43,242 nucleotides of DNA from Acidobacteriota bacterium (GTDB lineage: Bacteria > Acidobacteriota > Polarisedimenticolia > JACPZX01 > DASXTC01): assembly GCA_045402695.1 (NCBI GenBank), contig JAWPNA010000094.1, forward strand, positions 1 through 43,242. Reading direction: 5' to 3'. Below the pieces are notes generated by a model. The model searched no databases and was not told the DNA's origin. It saw nothing but the letters and a program-made list of their open reading frames with translations. Positions 1-10,699 of the stretch are shown one piece after another; position 1 is the stretch's first letter, and each line of letters begins with the position of its first letter. The translations under genes and the position numbers were made by a program.

Positions 1-24
1 ATCTCCCGGTTCATGCCCAAATAA
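1..24 (+). CDS. 3' end of an unidentified CDS entering from upstream of the window
   Basis: Frame 1 is open from base 1 to TAA at 22-24 (..ISRFMPK*) and is followed by a GC hairpin plus T-run. Too short to name. Confidence 0.2.
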   Translation: MSRFMPK

Positions 25-47
25 GCGGGCGGCCGGTCCTCCCTCTT

Positions 48-84
48 CCCCCGCCGGCCTTCACCCCCGGCGGGGGGAAATTTT
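48..84 (+). terminator. Rho-independent terminator-like hairpin
   Basis: 10-bp stem CCCCCGCCGG (48-57) / CCGGCGGGGG (67-76), 9-nt loop, then GAAATTTT (77-84). Confidence 0.45.
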
Positions 85-86
85 CC

Positions 87-116
87 TTGACATGCTCCAA
101 TCCCAGGCCGGATATT
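87..116 (+). promoter_or_regulatory. sigma-70-like promoter for the small H-box ORF and NtrC-type regulator
   Basis: TTGACA (87-92), 18-nt spacer, GATATT (111-116). It overlaps the ATG at 92, which argues for the downstream GTG-149 start. Confidence 0.4.
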
Positions 117-148
117 CAGGGTGGTTTTTCCACCCTGGAGCGGAGCCA

Positions 149-379
149 GTGTCAGGAAAGCCGGAGCAGCCCGAGCAGGACGGCCAGAGGCAGGCGCTCA
201 GGAGCTTAGCCCACGATCTGGACAACCTCAGCTACCGCCTCACCTTCTTCAGCGAGAATCTCAAGGTGCAGGTTCCCGACACGCCGTTTCGCGCTGAAGC
301 CACCGCGCTCCTGGAGGACACCACCTCCCGCCTCAGGCACCTCATCCAGATTGTGCGGAACGTGGAGGAGCATGTCTGA
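149..379 (+). CDS. Small protein resembling a stand-alone histidine-kinase DHp (H-box) domain; hypothetical
   Basis: ORF 92..379. Preferred start is GTG 149, preceded by GGAGCGGAG (137-145) and downstream of the promoter. H-box-like LAHDLDNLSYRLTFFSENL is followed by a second helix, TTSRLRHLIQIVRNVEE. No ATPase domain is possible because the stop at 377-379 overlaps the next gene's ATG at 372. Confidence 0.55.
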   Translation: MSGKPEQPEQDGQRQALRSLAHDLDNLSYRLTFFSENLKVQVPDTPFRAEATALLEDTTSRLRHLIQIVRNVEEHV

Positions 380-1760
380 CCGCCCGGCTCGTCTGCTGAT
401 CATCGAGGACGACCAGTCCCTGCGCAGGCAGATCGCGGCGCACTTTGCAGACCGATACGTGATCCTGCAGGCCGAAACCCGCGAGGAAGGGCTCGCCCAG
501 CTCAGAGCAGGTGACATCGACATTGTGCTTCTGGACATGCGGCTGCCGCCCAGCACCGACTCGATCGATGAGGGCTTGCGTAGCGTTGCGGAGATTCAGC
601 GGCTCTCGCCGGGAACACTCACCATCGCCATGAGCGGCGACGGTGACTGCGACACCATTCTCCGCGCGGCCGAGGCGGGCGTTTACGATTTCTTCACGAA
701 ACCGCTGGATGTCCGCGAGCTGGGGATCATCATCCGGCGGGCGCTCGACCGCCGGAAGCTCGAGGGCGAAGTCCGGCGCCTGCGGGAGGAACTCAGCCGC
801 CGCTACGATTTCAGGAACCTCAAGGGCGGCAGCCCGGCGATGCAGTCGGTCAAGAACGCCATCCGCAAGGTCGCGGACAGTCACGCGACCATCATGATCA
901 GGGGCGAGAGCGGCACGGGCAAGGAGCTGGTCGCGCGCGCCATCCATTTCAGCAGCTCGCGGCGTGACGATCCGTTCGTGGCTCTCAACTGCTCGGCCTT
1001 CCCCGAGCACCTCGTGGAGGACGAGCTGTTCGGTCACGAGCGGGGCGCATTCACCGGAGCGATGGGCCGCCGCGAGGGCCGCTTCGAGATGGCCGACAAG
1101 GGATCGCTCTTCCTCGACGATATCGGCACGCTCACGCCCGCGGTCCAGTCCAAGCTGCTGCGCGTTCTGGAAACCCGGGAGTTCGAACGCCTGGGCGGAC
1201 AGGAGACCATACACGTGGATATCCGTCTCCTGACGGCCACCAACCAGGATCTCGAGAAAGACGTCGCGGAGGGCCGGTTCCGGCAGGACCTCTACTACCG
1301 CATCAACGTGGTTAGCATCCAGCTCCCGGCTCTGAAAGAGCGGATCGATGACATTCCGCTGTTGGCCGAGCACTTCCTCGACCGATTCTGCCGCGAGAAC
1401 AATCTGCGCCGGAAGCACTTCTCTCCGGATGCGTCCGAGTGCCTCGCGGCGCACGAATGGAAGGGAAACGTGCGCGAGCTGGAGCACCTCGTGGAGAGTC
1501 TCGTTCTGCTGACCGAGGGAGAGACGATCACGGCTCGTGATCTGCCCAAGGACCTTCGTGAGCACACACCATCCCTGTCGCTAAGCGGCATGTCGTTGCC
1601 CGACGGTGGGATCCTCATGGAGAAGCAGGTCGCCGAGTTCGAACGCAGGCTACTGTCGGGCGCACTCCAGAAGGCGGCGGGCAAAAAGAAAGACGCGGCC
1701 CAGCTCTTGGGTCTCAACAAGGACCAGATGAAGTATCTCTGCCGCAAATACAACTTGTAA
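372..1760 (+). CDS. Sigma-54-dependent Fis-family response regulator (NtrC type, PrsR-like receiver)
   Basis: Receiver LLIIEDD...IVLLDMRLPPSTDSIDEG; AAA+ Walker A GESGTGKE; GAFTGA loop; C-terminal Fis HTH (AAQLLGLNKDQMKYLCRKYNL). ATG 372 (MSDRPARLLII) is preferred over the ORF-track start at 351. Confidence 0.9.
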   Translation: MSDRPARLLIIEDDQSLRRQIAAHFADRYVILQAETREEGLAQLRAGDIDIVLLDMRLPPSTDSIDEGLRSVAEIQRLSPGTLTIAMSGDGDCDTILRAAEAGVYDFFTKPLDVRELGIIIRRALDRRKLEGEVRRLREELSRRYDFRNLKGGSPAMQSVKNAIRKVADSHATIMIRGESGTGKELVARAIHFSSSRRDDPFVALNCSAFPEHLVEDELFGHERGAFTGAMGRREGRFEMADKGSLFLDDIGTLTPAVQSKLLRVLETREFERLGGQETIHVDIRLLTATNQDLEKDVAEGRFRQDLYYRINVVSIQLPALKERIDDIPLLAEHFLDRFCRENNLRRKHFSPDASECLAAHEWKGNVRELEHLVESLVLLTEGETITARDLPKDLREHTPSLSLSGMSLPDGGILMEKQVAEFERRLLSGALQKAAGKKKDAAQLLGLNKDQMKYLCRKYNL

Positions 1761-1770
1761 TCCTCAACAG

Positions 1771-2053
1771 GGTGGCGACAAACTACCGCAGGCCGCGTTG
1801 CGAGCGCCGCGGTGCCGGATGCGAGGAGCAGCGACGACAGCGATGCGGGACATCGGTCCCCTGTGGGAGATGCCACTGCGACGGAGCGGGAGGCATTGCG
1901 CCGCCGCAACCCTAAGGGCAAGGGGATTGCGGCCGGATACTTCGTCGCTCGTCGTCGGCGCTTACTGGAATCGACCTCCTCCTCGCTCCTTTTCAACGAT
2001 GCTCTGCGGCCGCAGAGCCCCGGCACGCGCGGCCTACTGTAGTTTGTCACCAC
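1771..2053. repeat. Structured repeat element, copy A (complete; MITE-like or candidate ncRNA)
   Basis: Terminal inverted repeats GGTGGCGACAAACTACCGCAGGCCGCG (1771-1797) and CGCGCGGCCTACTGTAGTTTGTCACCAC (2026-2053). Internal nested hairpins include the palindrome CTCTGCGGCCGCAGAG. The 3' ~128 nt is ~87% identical (hand alignment) to 7009-7135. Confidence 0.6.
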
Positions 2054-2390
2054 GCTGTTAACCTCCCTGCCCGCCTCTCAATCTGACACATCAGCACCTC
2101 TCCGCCTGCACCTAGAGTCTCAGGACGAAACTGCCCCTCCCGGCACCAAGGCCGCGCGGCTCGAAACACATTGTCCGGCAATCGCTTTCCATGTGCGCGG
2201 GAATGCCTTTGTGGCCCAGGGCTTGCATGATGGTGGCGCTGTCCGGTCGCTCCCGGACGTCAACCTGGGAGGCCGGCCGGATCTCACAGCACGGGGCCAG
2301 GGAGACACTCCATCCCCCCCTCCCCGTAGGGTTGGGGGCTCCGCCAACGAAACGGCCTGAACTCGGCGGGGCCCCCCGGTCCTCTCCAGG

Positions 2391-4082
2391 CTATGGTGCC
2401 GCTGTATCTCCTCCCGGCAGCCTCTCCACCAACTCGAGGTACGCGAGCAACGCAGCACCCGGCTGTTCGAACCGCCTGCGGAACAGTGCGGCGATTTCCC
2501 GGCGTTCGATGCTGCCCGTATGGAAGCCGTCGTAAAGCTGCTGGCCAAGGTAGTAGCCCAGCTCATGCGTGAGAACGGAGAGCAATCTTCGGTCGCGCGT
2601 GCCGATCCCGGAAAGCAGTTGTTCGGGAACCTCGTCGTAGTCCTTGTAGTTCCTCTCGAACTTCTTGTGCAGCAGAATGAAGTTGATGATGGCGCTGAAC
2701 TGCTCGTGGCTGTACTCCGTGTTGGCCTCAATGAACTCCTTGTCCTTGCGATGATACTGATACAGCTTGGTCTCGAAGAAGTGATTCCGGCTCGGATCGA
2801 TCAACTTCGAACCGAAAAAACCAAGGGCCTCCTCCATCACGCCGGAGTAGAAATGGTCGGGACGCAACTGGGCGCGCGCCGGCCCGCTGGAGACATCACC
2901 CCGCAGAGCGAGGTTGACAAAGTGGGCCGCCTCCTCCCCTCCGTGCACCAGGCTGAACTCTCCGATGAAGATCGAGTTGATGGCCGGGATGTAGCACGAC
3001 CCGTTGCGTGCGATGCGCCGCGTGATCTCCGCGATCTCGGACCGGCTGAGGTTGTTGGACTCGAGAATATGGCGAAGCGTCGAGGCATTCGTGCGCGAGT
3101 AAACCTCTGGGAAGTAGTCCACCAAGAACTCGATGCAGTCCCCTTCGCGCCGCAGGCAGACGCGGTACTTGTCCACGGACAGGAACTTCAGGATGGTGTC
3201 GATCATGTTGTAGATCGTCGGGGTCAGATCGAGATGATCGTCATCGGCGTGCTCCGACTTCCACCGGTTGATCGTCTGTCGGTACGACTCGTACTTGGCG
3301 ATGGGGCTGGCGTTGAAGACGCAATACGCGCCCGGTGCGACCGTGACGACATCGCGGTGCTCCTGCCTGGCGGCCACGAGCTGCCAGTAGATCTCCTCGA
3401 TGTTCTGCAGGACGCGAACCGAGCGCTTTTCCAGGTTGTTCCTTCTCAAGGCGCGGCGCACCGCGTCCGGGAGGTGGCTGGCAGCGAGATGGGATTCACC
3501 AATCAAGACGAACACTTTGGCATCCGGGTTCTTCGCGAAGATGTCGGCGATGCGGCGGGCCGCGTACTGGTCACGCCGCCTGATGTATCTGAGACCGTTG
3601 CGAGGGGCGCAGTCGATTCCAAAGACCCTCACACCGTAGTCGCGCGCCGCGTCGAAGATCTGCCCGAATCCGCTCCAGTCGTATCCCCACTCCAGGTCAT
3701 AGCGGATCGCTCGTTTGAACTCCTCGGAATCAATCTCGGAGGCCATCCACTGATCGAGTACGCGCTGATTGCGGCCGTATACCATCTCGACGGCGAGGAT
3801 GACATGCCTGGAGCGGGAGGCCACCTCGCGCAGCAGCTTTGCCGCGAAGGCCTGGGACGACGGCAGGGCGTGGTAGTCTCCTACATAGATGAGATCCGCC
3901 TTGAAGCAGGCGATGACGAGGTCGTCGTGGGAGCTGATGTCATGGAGCCGGCGGAATTCCTCGGTGAACTCCCGGATGTACCTTCTCGAGGTGTTCGGAT
4001 CTATCTGCGAGATCTCCCGCTTGAGCAGGGAGACCACGCGCCGGTGAAGAGCTATCTCCTCTTTGAGCTGTGCGGTGGCCAC
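2391..4082 (-). CDS. TIKI/ChaN-like (haem-binding-uptake/erythromycin-esterase superfamily) domain protein with an uncharacterised C-terminal half
   Basis: The N-terminal half carries two GxxH motifs (IYVGDYH, LIGESHL) and an intervening AVEMV Glu, typical of the TIKI/ChaN/TraB superfamily. The C-terminal ~300 aa has no motif I recognise (GGEEAAHF, THELGYY). Confidence 0.6.
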   Translation of the reverse strand: MATAQLKEEIALHRRVVSLLKREISQIDPNTSRRYIREFTEEFRRLHDISSHDDLVIACFKADLIYVGDYHALPSSQAFAAKLLREVASRSRHVILAVEMVYGRNQRVLDQWMASEIDSEEFKRAIRYDLEWGYDWSGFGQIFDAARDYGVRVFGIDCAPRNGLRYIRRRDQYAARRIADIFAKNPDAKVFVLIGESHLAASHLPDAVRRALRRNNLEKRSVRVLQNIEEIYWQLVAARQEHRDVVTVAPGAYCVFNASPIAKYESYRQTINRWKSEHADDDHLDLTPTIYNMIDTILKFLSVDKYRVCLRREGDCIEFLVDYFPEVYSRTNASTLRHILESNNLSRSEIAEITRRIARNGSCYIPAINSIFIGEFSLVHGGEEAAHFVNLALRGDVSSGPARAQLRPDHFYSGVMEEALGFFGSKLIDPSRNHFFETKLYQYHRKDKEFIEANTEYSHEQFSAIINFILLHKKFERNYKDYDEVPEQLLSGIGTRDRRLLSVLTHELGYYLGQQLYDGFHTGSIERREIAALFRRRFEQPGAALLAYLELVERLPGGDTAAP

Positions 4083-4105
4083 TGTCCCCGTCGAGATGAA
4101 GCGGG

Positions 4106-4297
4106 CTAGTTCTTTTTCTCGCTCTTGCTCTCCGGCCCCTTTTCCTCATCTTCACTCCCGGAGCTCAACGCCTTCTTGAAGTTCTTGATCCCTTCTCCCA
4201 AGCCCTTGCCGATGGCCGGCAGCTTGGCTGCTCCGAACAAGAGAAGGAGTATGGCGAGGATCACCAGCCATTCCATTGCGCCGATCTTTCCCATCAA
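4106..4297 (-). CDS. tatA: Twin-arginine translocase subunit TatA/E
   Basis: [43 protein letters not shown]: single TM helix, F-G hinge, amphipathic helix and acidic tail. The GGAG SD lies in the last codons of selB. Confidence 0.85.
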   Translation of the reverse strand: MMGKIGAMEWLVILAILLLLFGAAKLPAIGKGLGEGIKNFKKALSSGSEDEEKGPESKSEKKN

Positions 4298-4305
4298 TCG
4301 TCTCC

Positions 4306-6243
4306 TCAGCCTCCAGGTGGAGGCAGGATCTCCCGTTCGCTGCCCACCCGCCGGGTCACCTTCATCGAATCGAGGTGTTCCAGAAGCGGGATGGCGGTTT
4401 TACGGGATGTTCCCGTCAGCTCCTTGAAGGAACTGATGTCGATCACCTTCTGCCCGGGCCTGAGCTCCCACAGCTTCTTCTTGAGGCTCTCGATCGCCTC
4501 CGCATGGAACACGGTCCCGTCGCGTATCTTCGTCAGGCGGCCGGAGGCCAGGAGCAAGTGAAACACCCGGGACGTGCGCCGTCCATCCAGGCCCTCCAGA
4601 CGAACGACATCCTCCAGCTCCGGCGGATTGAGGCCTGACCGACGGTATGCCACCTCGATGCACTCCATCGTCTTTTCGTCCTCGGGTGAGAGGATGATGG
4701 AGTGGGTCGAGAGGCTGATCGTCTCTTTCAGAGTCTTGACGGCGCCTCGAGCCGCCAGTCTCTCGACGACGAACCGGGAGAGGTCCGGCCCGACCCCTTT
4801 CAAAGCCTGCCCGCGCAGCTCCTCGCGGGGCATCCCGGGACGCAGTGGATTGGCCAGGTGATAGGCTTCAAGAGAGGCGGTCACTTGTTTTTCGATCTCC
4901 TCCGCGGCGTCGTGGTCCAGGAAGATGGCCGCCGCCCCCTCTCCAGTGCTCAGCACTTCACCCTTGCTCACGTCGCGAGTCAGCAAGGCCTCGACCTCCC
5001 GGGGAGTCCGTCCGGCCCGAACAGCCAGTTCCGCCGCGCTGATGCCCGCGGCCGCGCTCTCAAGATAGACTCTGAGCGCCTCCAGTGCATCTGCCCGATC
5101 GAGCCGCGCCAGGCGTTCCAAAAGCGCGGGGCCGGCGGCGCCCTTGTGCTTGGCGGGGAAAGCGTCCAGGATCACGCCCCCGCCGATCGTGGCGGTCGGA
5201 GAGTACCGCCGGATGACGAAGCGATCTCCCGGAAGGCTCAGGACCGCGCTCTCTAGCCGGATCTGGGCGAACGCCTCTTGGCCGGGATCGAGCTTCGCGG
5301 TGCTCAGCATCTTCACCCGCGCCAGCAGCTCGCTGGTACCCTGGTGGAATCGCACGCGCGCGAGGTCCACCAAGGGGGAGGGTGCCCCGGCCAGCAACGT
5401 GACTTTCACGTCCAGCAGAGAGGACGGCCTCATCTGCCCAGGACGACCGATCACGTTCCCCCGCTGCACGGCCGCAGCATCCACGCCCTGCAGGTTCACG
5501 GCCGTTCGCTGACCCGCATGGGCCTCCTTCGTGGAGACCCCGTGGACCTGGATTCCGCGGACGCGGCATATCTGCGCTTCGGGATAGACGGCCACCTCGT
5601 CTCCCTCCGCGATCGATCCCGAGACGAGAGTGCCGGTGACAACAGTGCCGAACCCCCTGACGCTGAACGATCGGTCCACGGGCAGTCGCAGCAGAGACGA
5701 GGGGCGGCCGGGTTCAACGTCTCTCGCCGCCTTGGAGATCTCGTTCTTCAGCCGCTCCAGACCCTCGCGGGTCCTCGAGCTGACCGGGATGATCGGCGCG
5801 CCGTCGAGAAACGACCCCCGAGTGAAATCCCGGACCTCCAATGTCACCAGATCGAGCAGATCCTGATCGACGAGGTCCATCTTGGTGATGGCGACAAGGC
5901 CCTTCTTCACTTTAAGGAGGGAGCAGATCTCGAAATGCTCCCGCGTCTGCGGCTTGATCGACTCGTCCGCCGCGACCACGAGAACGACCAGATCGATCCC
6001 CCAGATGCCCGCCAGCATGTTCTTCACGAACTTCTCATGCCCTGGGACATCCACGAATCCCACCATGATCGGCTCATCCCCGGCGGAGGGGGCGAGGGGC
6101 AAGGGGGCGAAGCCGATGTCAATCGTGATGCCGCGCTCCTGCTCCTCCTTGAGCCGATCGGTGTTGATCCCGGTGAGGGCTTTGACCAGCGCCGTCTTCC
6201 CGTGGTCGATGTGGCCGGCCGTCCCGACGACGACGTGCTTCAT
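4306..6243 (-). CDS. selB: Selenocysteine-specific translation elongation factor SelB
   Basis: Starts [25 protein letters not shown] (G1), then DVPGHEKF (G3) and TKMD (G4), followed by a long C-terminal winged-helix region. The ATG at 6243 gives 645 aa. The 74-aa ORF-track extension to 6465 overlaps the upstream DUF507 gene and is rejected. Confidence 0.9.
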   Translation of the reverse strand: MKHVVVGTAGHIDHGKTALVKALTGINTDRLKEEQERGITIDIGFAPLPLAPSAGDEPIMVGFVDVPGHEKFVKNMLAGIWGIDLVVLVVAADESIKPQTREHFEICSLLKVKKGLVAITKMDLVDQDLLDLVTLEVRDFTRGSFLDGAPIIPVSSRTREGLERLKNEISKAARDVEPGRPSSLLRLPVDRSFSVRGFGTVVTGTLVSGSIAEGDEVAVYPEAQICRVRGIQVHGVSTKEAHAGQRTAVNLQGVDAAAVQRGNVIGRPGQMRPSSLLDVKVTLLAGAPSPLVDLARVRFHQGTSELLARVKMLSTAKLDPGQEAFAQIRLESAVLSLPGDRFVIRRYSPTATIGGGVILDAFPAKHKGAAGPALLERLARLDRADALEALRVYLESAAAGISAAELAVRAGRTPREVEALLTRDVSKGEVLSTGEGAAAIFLDHDAAEEIEKQVTASLEAYHLANPLRPGMPREELRGQALKGVGPDLSRFVVERLAARGAVKTLKETISLSTHSIILSPEDEKTMECIEVAYRRSGLNPPELEDVVRLEGLDGRRTSRVFHLLLASGRLTKIRDGTVFHAEAIESLKKKLWELRPGQKVIDISSFKELTGTSRKTAIPLLEHLDSMKVTRRVGSEREILPPPGG

Positions 6244-6262
6244 CTGATCATTGGCGAGACGT

Positions 6263-6547
6263 TCATCCCCGGAAGCCCCGGATCTTGTTGAGCTCCTCCT
6301 CGTAGTATTTCCTGAAGAGGATGTCCCACTCCTGGCCCCCTTCGGGTATGGAGCGTTTCTGGGCGAGGATCTTCCCCCGGACCCGCTGCTCGATCTCCTC
6401 GTCCTGCCTGAGCCCGGCGCGCAGGAGATCCAACACCTTGAGACGCACTTGGTTGCGATCGTCACGCAGCCTCACGCCCGGCGCTGATTCCAGCGCCTTC
6501 ACGATGACGTGCGACAGATGGGTCTGCTTCTCGTGGCTCAACTTCAT
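6263..6547 (-). CDS. DUF507 family protein
   Basis: MKLSHEKQTHLSHVIVKAL...SIPEGGQEWDILFRKYYEEELNKIRG matches my recollection of the DUF507 signature. Confidence 0.7.
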   Translation of the reverse strand: MKLSHEKQTHLSHVIVKALESAPGVRLRDDRNQVRLKVLDLLRAGLRQDEEIEQRVRGKILAQKRSIPEGGQEWDILFRKYYEEELNKIRGFRG

Positions 6548-6557
6548 TCGACGGCGC

Positions 6558-6854
6558 TCACAGAATGAGCTTACGCTTGCGGGCCAGCTCCGCCTTGATC
6601 ATCTTGAACGCTTCGTGGTACTGCACTCCCAGCCGCGTCATCTCGTCCGCGCGGGCCCGGAGCATTTCGCGCACCTCTTCGTTCAGGCGGTCCTCCACCA
6701 TGAGATCCCCGCTGAACCCGGCCGCGACGACTGCGGACGCGACCTGTTCGTCATCCGACTGGATCACGCCGTTCTTGGTCAGGCCCTTGACGATCTGCGC
6801 GGAAATGTGCTCCACGAGCACTGGGGACAGTTTCATGATGGTGGAGTCTATCAT
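6558..6854 (-). CDS. DUF507 family protein (paralogue)
   Basis: (MIDSTI)MKLSPVLVEHISAQIVKGL...RLGVQYHEAFKMIKAELARKRKL has the same length and architecture as the neighbouring gene. An alternative start lies at 6836. Confidence 0.65.
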   Translation of the reverse strand: MIDSTIMKLSPVLVEHISAQIVKGLTKNGVIQSDDEQVASAVVAAGFSGDLMVEDRLNEEVREMLRARADEMTRLGVQYHEAFKMIKAELARKRKLIL

Positions 6855-6908
6855 CGCCGGGGGGAGCTAGGAGTGTGCCCGAGTCATGGCTTGGGTCGCG
6901 CGCAGGGG

Positions 6909-7135
6909 GCTTGCGAGCCTCAGGCAAGGAGCGAGGAGGAGACTGACCCGTGTGGTCGGTGACGACGAGCGACGCGGCATGAGGCCGTAACCCCCGTGCG
7001 CCCTTCGGGTTGCGGCCGGATACTCCGTCGCTCGTCATCGGCGATTACTGGAATCGCCCTCCTACTCGCCGGGTTCTCAACGAGGCCCTGCGGCCGCAGA
7101 GCCCGGCACGGGCGGCCTATGGTAGTTTGTCAGCA
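6909..7135. repeat. Structured repeat element, copy B (left arm degenerate or absent)
   Basis: 7009-7135 aligns with 1926-2053 with 17 differences in 128 positions. Homology continues leftwards to about 6909 (TTGCGAGC, GCGAGGAG, GACGACGAGCGACG blocks). The right terminal arm GGCCTATGGTAGTTTGTCAGCAC is present, but there is no clear partner arm on the left. Confidence 0.55.
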
Positions 7136-7211
7136 CACTGTAAAGGTCTGCGGAGAATTCCAGACATCGGGCCGGCCGAGGTGACGCTCCAGCGGGGCCG
7201 AGCCACCGCCC

Positions 7212-8012
7212 TCAAGAATGGGCCGCGGGCGGATTGGTCAGATCGTTGAGGGCCCAGGAGTAGTCCAGGTACTCCAGATGCGCTCCAGCCGGAAGGTCCT
7301 GCTTGAAGTACTTCCCGATGAACGCAGGAACCGATCCGTAGGCTTTCACGAAGTCCTCTTCATACCACTTGAAGATCGAGGAGACGTGCAGGACGCCTCG
7401 CTCGCGATCGAGACGGACCTTGCCGGGATCGTTGATGAAGTCGCCTGCGGCCCGCTCGAGCTCCGCATCGAGGAGGTTCGGGTGGAATGCCTCTGACCGC
7501 AGCTTCGGGCAGCCGCCCGAAGCGCACACCAGGGCGAAGTGCGTGCGGGGATCGTGGAAGTCCGGCCTGATGATTCCGTGCTCGATCTGATCGAGTGTGT
7601 GGGCGCGTCCTCCCACATCGAACTTGAGTCCTTTGAAGAAGCTCCACTTGCCGAGTAGTCCGACGTCGGCGACACTCTTGATCGGGTAGTGATCCACAAC
7701 CCCCTTGAGCACCAACGAGTTGTACGCGTTGATCCAGAAGGCAAGCTGTTCTTCCCGCGAGACGAGAACCGACGGCTCAATCCGGGAGAGATCGGCAATA
7801 TAGGCGGAGAGATCGTGATCTTGTTTGAGCGAAGGGTAGTCAACCAGCCCTTCCTTCACATGGCGCCCCAGCACCTTGTCAAGCAGTTCATGCGAGACGG
7901 TGGTGGGGGCGTCCCCTGATGCAGGGCGATCCACGGGCCCGGGGACCGGCTCCGAGGCGCAGGCCATCACCGCGAGAAGAAGCGCTGCCGAGCCGTGGGT
8001 GGCGGTGATCAT
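7212..8012 (-). CDS. DUF547 domain-containing lipoprotein
   Basis: Signal/lipobox MITATHGSAALLLAVMAC. Core AFWINAYNSLVLKGVVDHYP...HFALVCASGGCPKLR...SSIFKWYEEDF is typical of DUF547. Confidence 0.75.
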   Translation of the reverse strand: MITATHGSAALLLAVMACASEPVPGPVDRPASGDAPTTVSHELLDKVLGRHVKEGLVDYPSLKQDHDLSAYIADLSRIEPSVLVSREEQLAFWINAYNSLVLKGVVDHYPIKSVADVGLLGKWSFFKGLKFDVGGRAHTLDQIEHGIIRPDFHDPRTHFALVCASGGCPKLRSEAFHPNLLDAELERAAGDFINDPGKVRLDRERGVLHVSSIFKWYEEDFVKAYGSVPAFIGKYFKQDLPAGAHLEYLDYSWALNDLTNPPAAHS

Positions 8013-8023
8013 CCGGCGTGCGC

Positions 8024-10591
<2,568 letters not shown>

Positions 10592-10600
10592 CAGGCCGGT

Positions 10601-10629
10601 ATATTAGTGCAGTGCCCCGGAAATGTCTT
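10601..10629 (-). promoter_or_regulatory. sigma-70-like promoter abutting the kinase start codon (leaderless candidate)
   Basis: On the minus strand: AAGACA (10629-10624), 17 nt, TAATAT (10606-10601), then 9 nt to the ATG (10591-10589). Confidence 0.35.
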
Positions 10630-10699
10630 GCAGCGCCCGGGGTCCTCTCCGGGTGTTGCCTGGGAGTGTCTCCGAAGGAAGCCGGCCAGCCACAGAGGC

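Noticed and set aside
342-1565. Long antisense or alternate-frame ORFs throughout the window (e.g. 342..1565-, 2520..4109+, 5278..6291+, 9339..10718-, 9440..10579+, 12402..13370-, 17827..19230+, 19088..20269+, 21769..23058+, 22839..23783+, 24131..25117-, 25105..26592-, 25368..26672+, 26823..27617-, 28922..29881-, 34103..35227+, 36522..37550-, 36728..37750+, 38161..38940+, 39483..40190+, 40190..40948+, 42169..43140+)
   Set aside because: They are typical high-GC shadow ORFs: Arg/Pro/Gly/Ala-rich, without recognisable motifs. Each fully overlaps a gene with strong family signatures on the other strand or frame.
2054-2390. 337-bp gap downstream of the TIKI/ChaN-like gene; one minus-strand frame reads ..VDVRERPDSATIMQALGHKGIPAH.., vaguely like the LGH region of a tyrosine recombinase
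   Set aside because: There is no start codon before the IMQ Met, the frame is otherwise G/P-rich, the catalytic Tyr context is absent, and the similarity spans only a few residues. Best left as uncharacterised spacer or possible decayed remnant.
6244-6465. 74-aa N-terminal extension of the selB ORF (and similar upstream extensions of the rpoD-like, prfA, pta, moeA, trxA, tlpA, ABC ATPase and NtrC ORFs)
   Set aside because: The extensions are low-complexity, overlap the preceding gene, and place the conserved N-terminal motifs (e.g. the G1 loop of SelB) far from the start. Internal ATG/GTG starts give canonical lengths and often classic ATGA/GTGA coupling.
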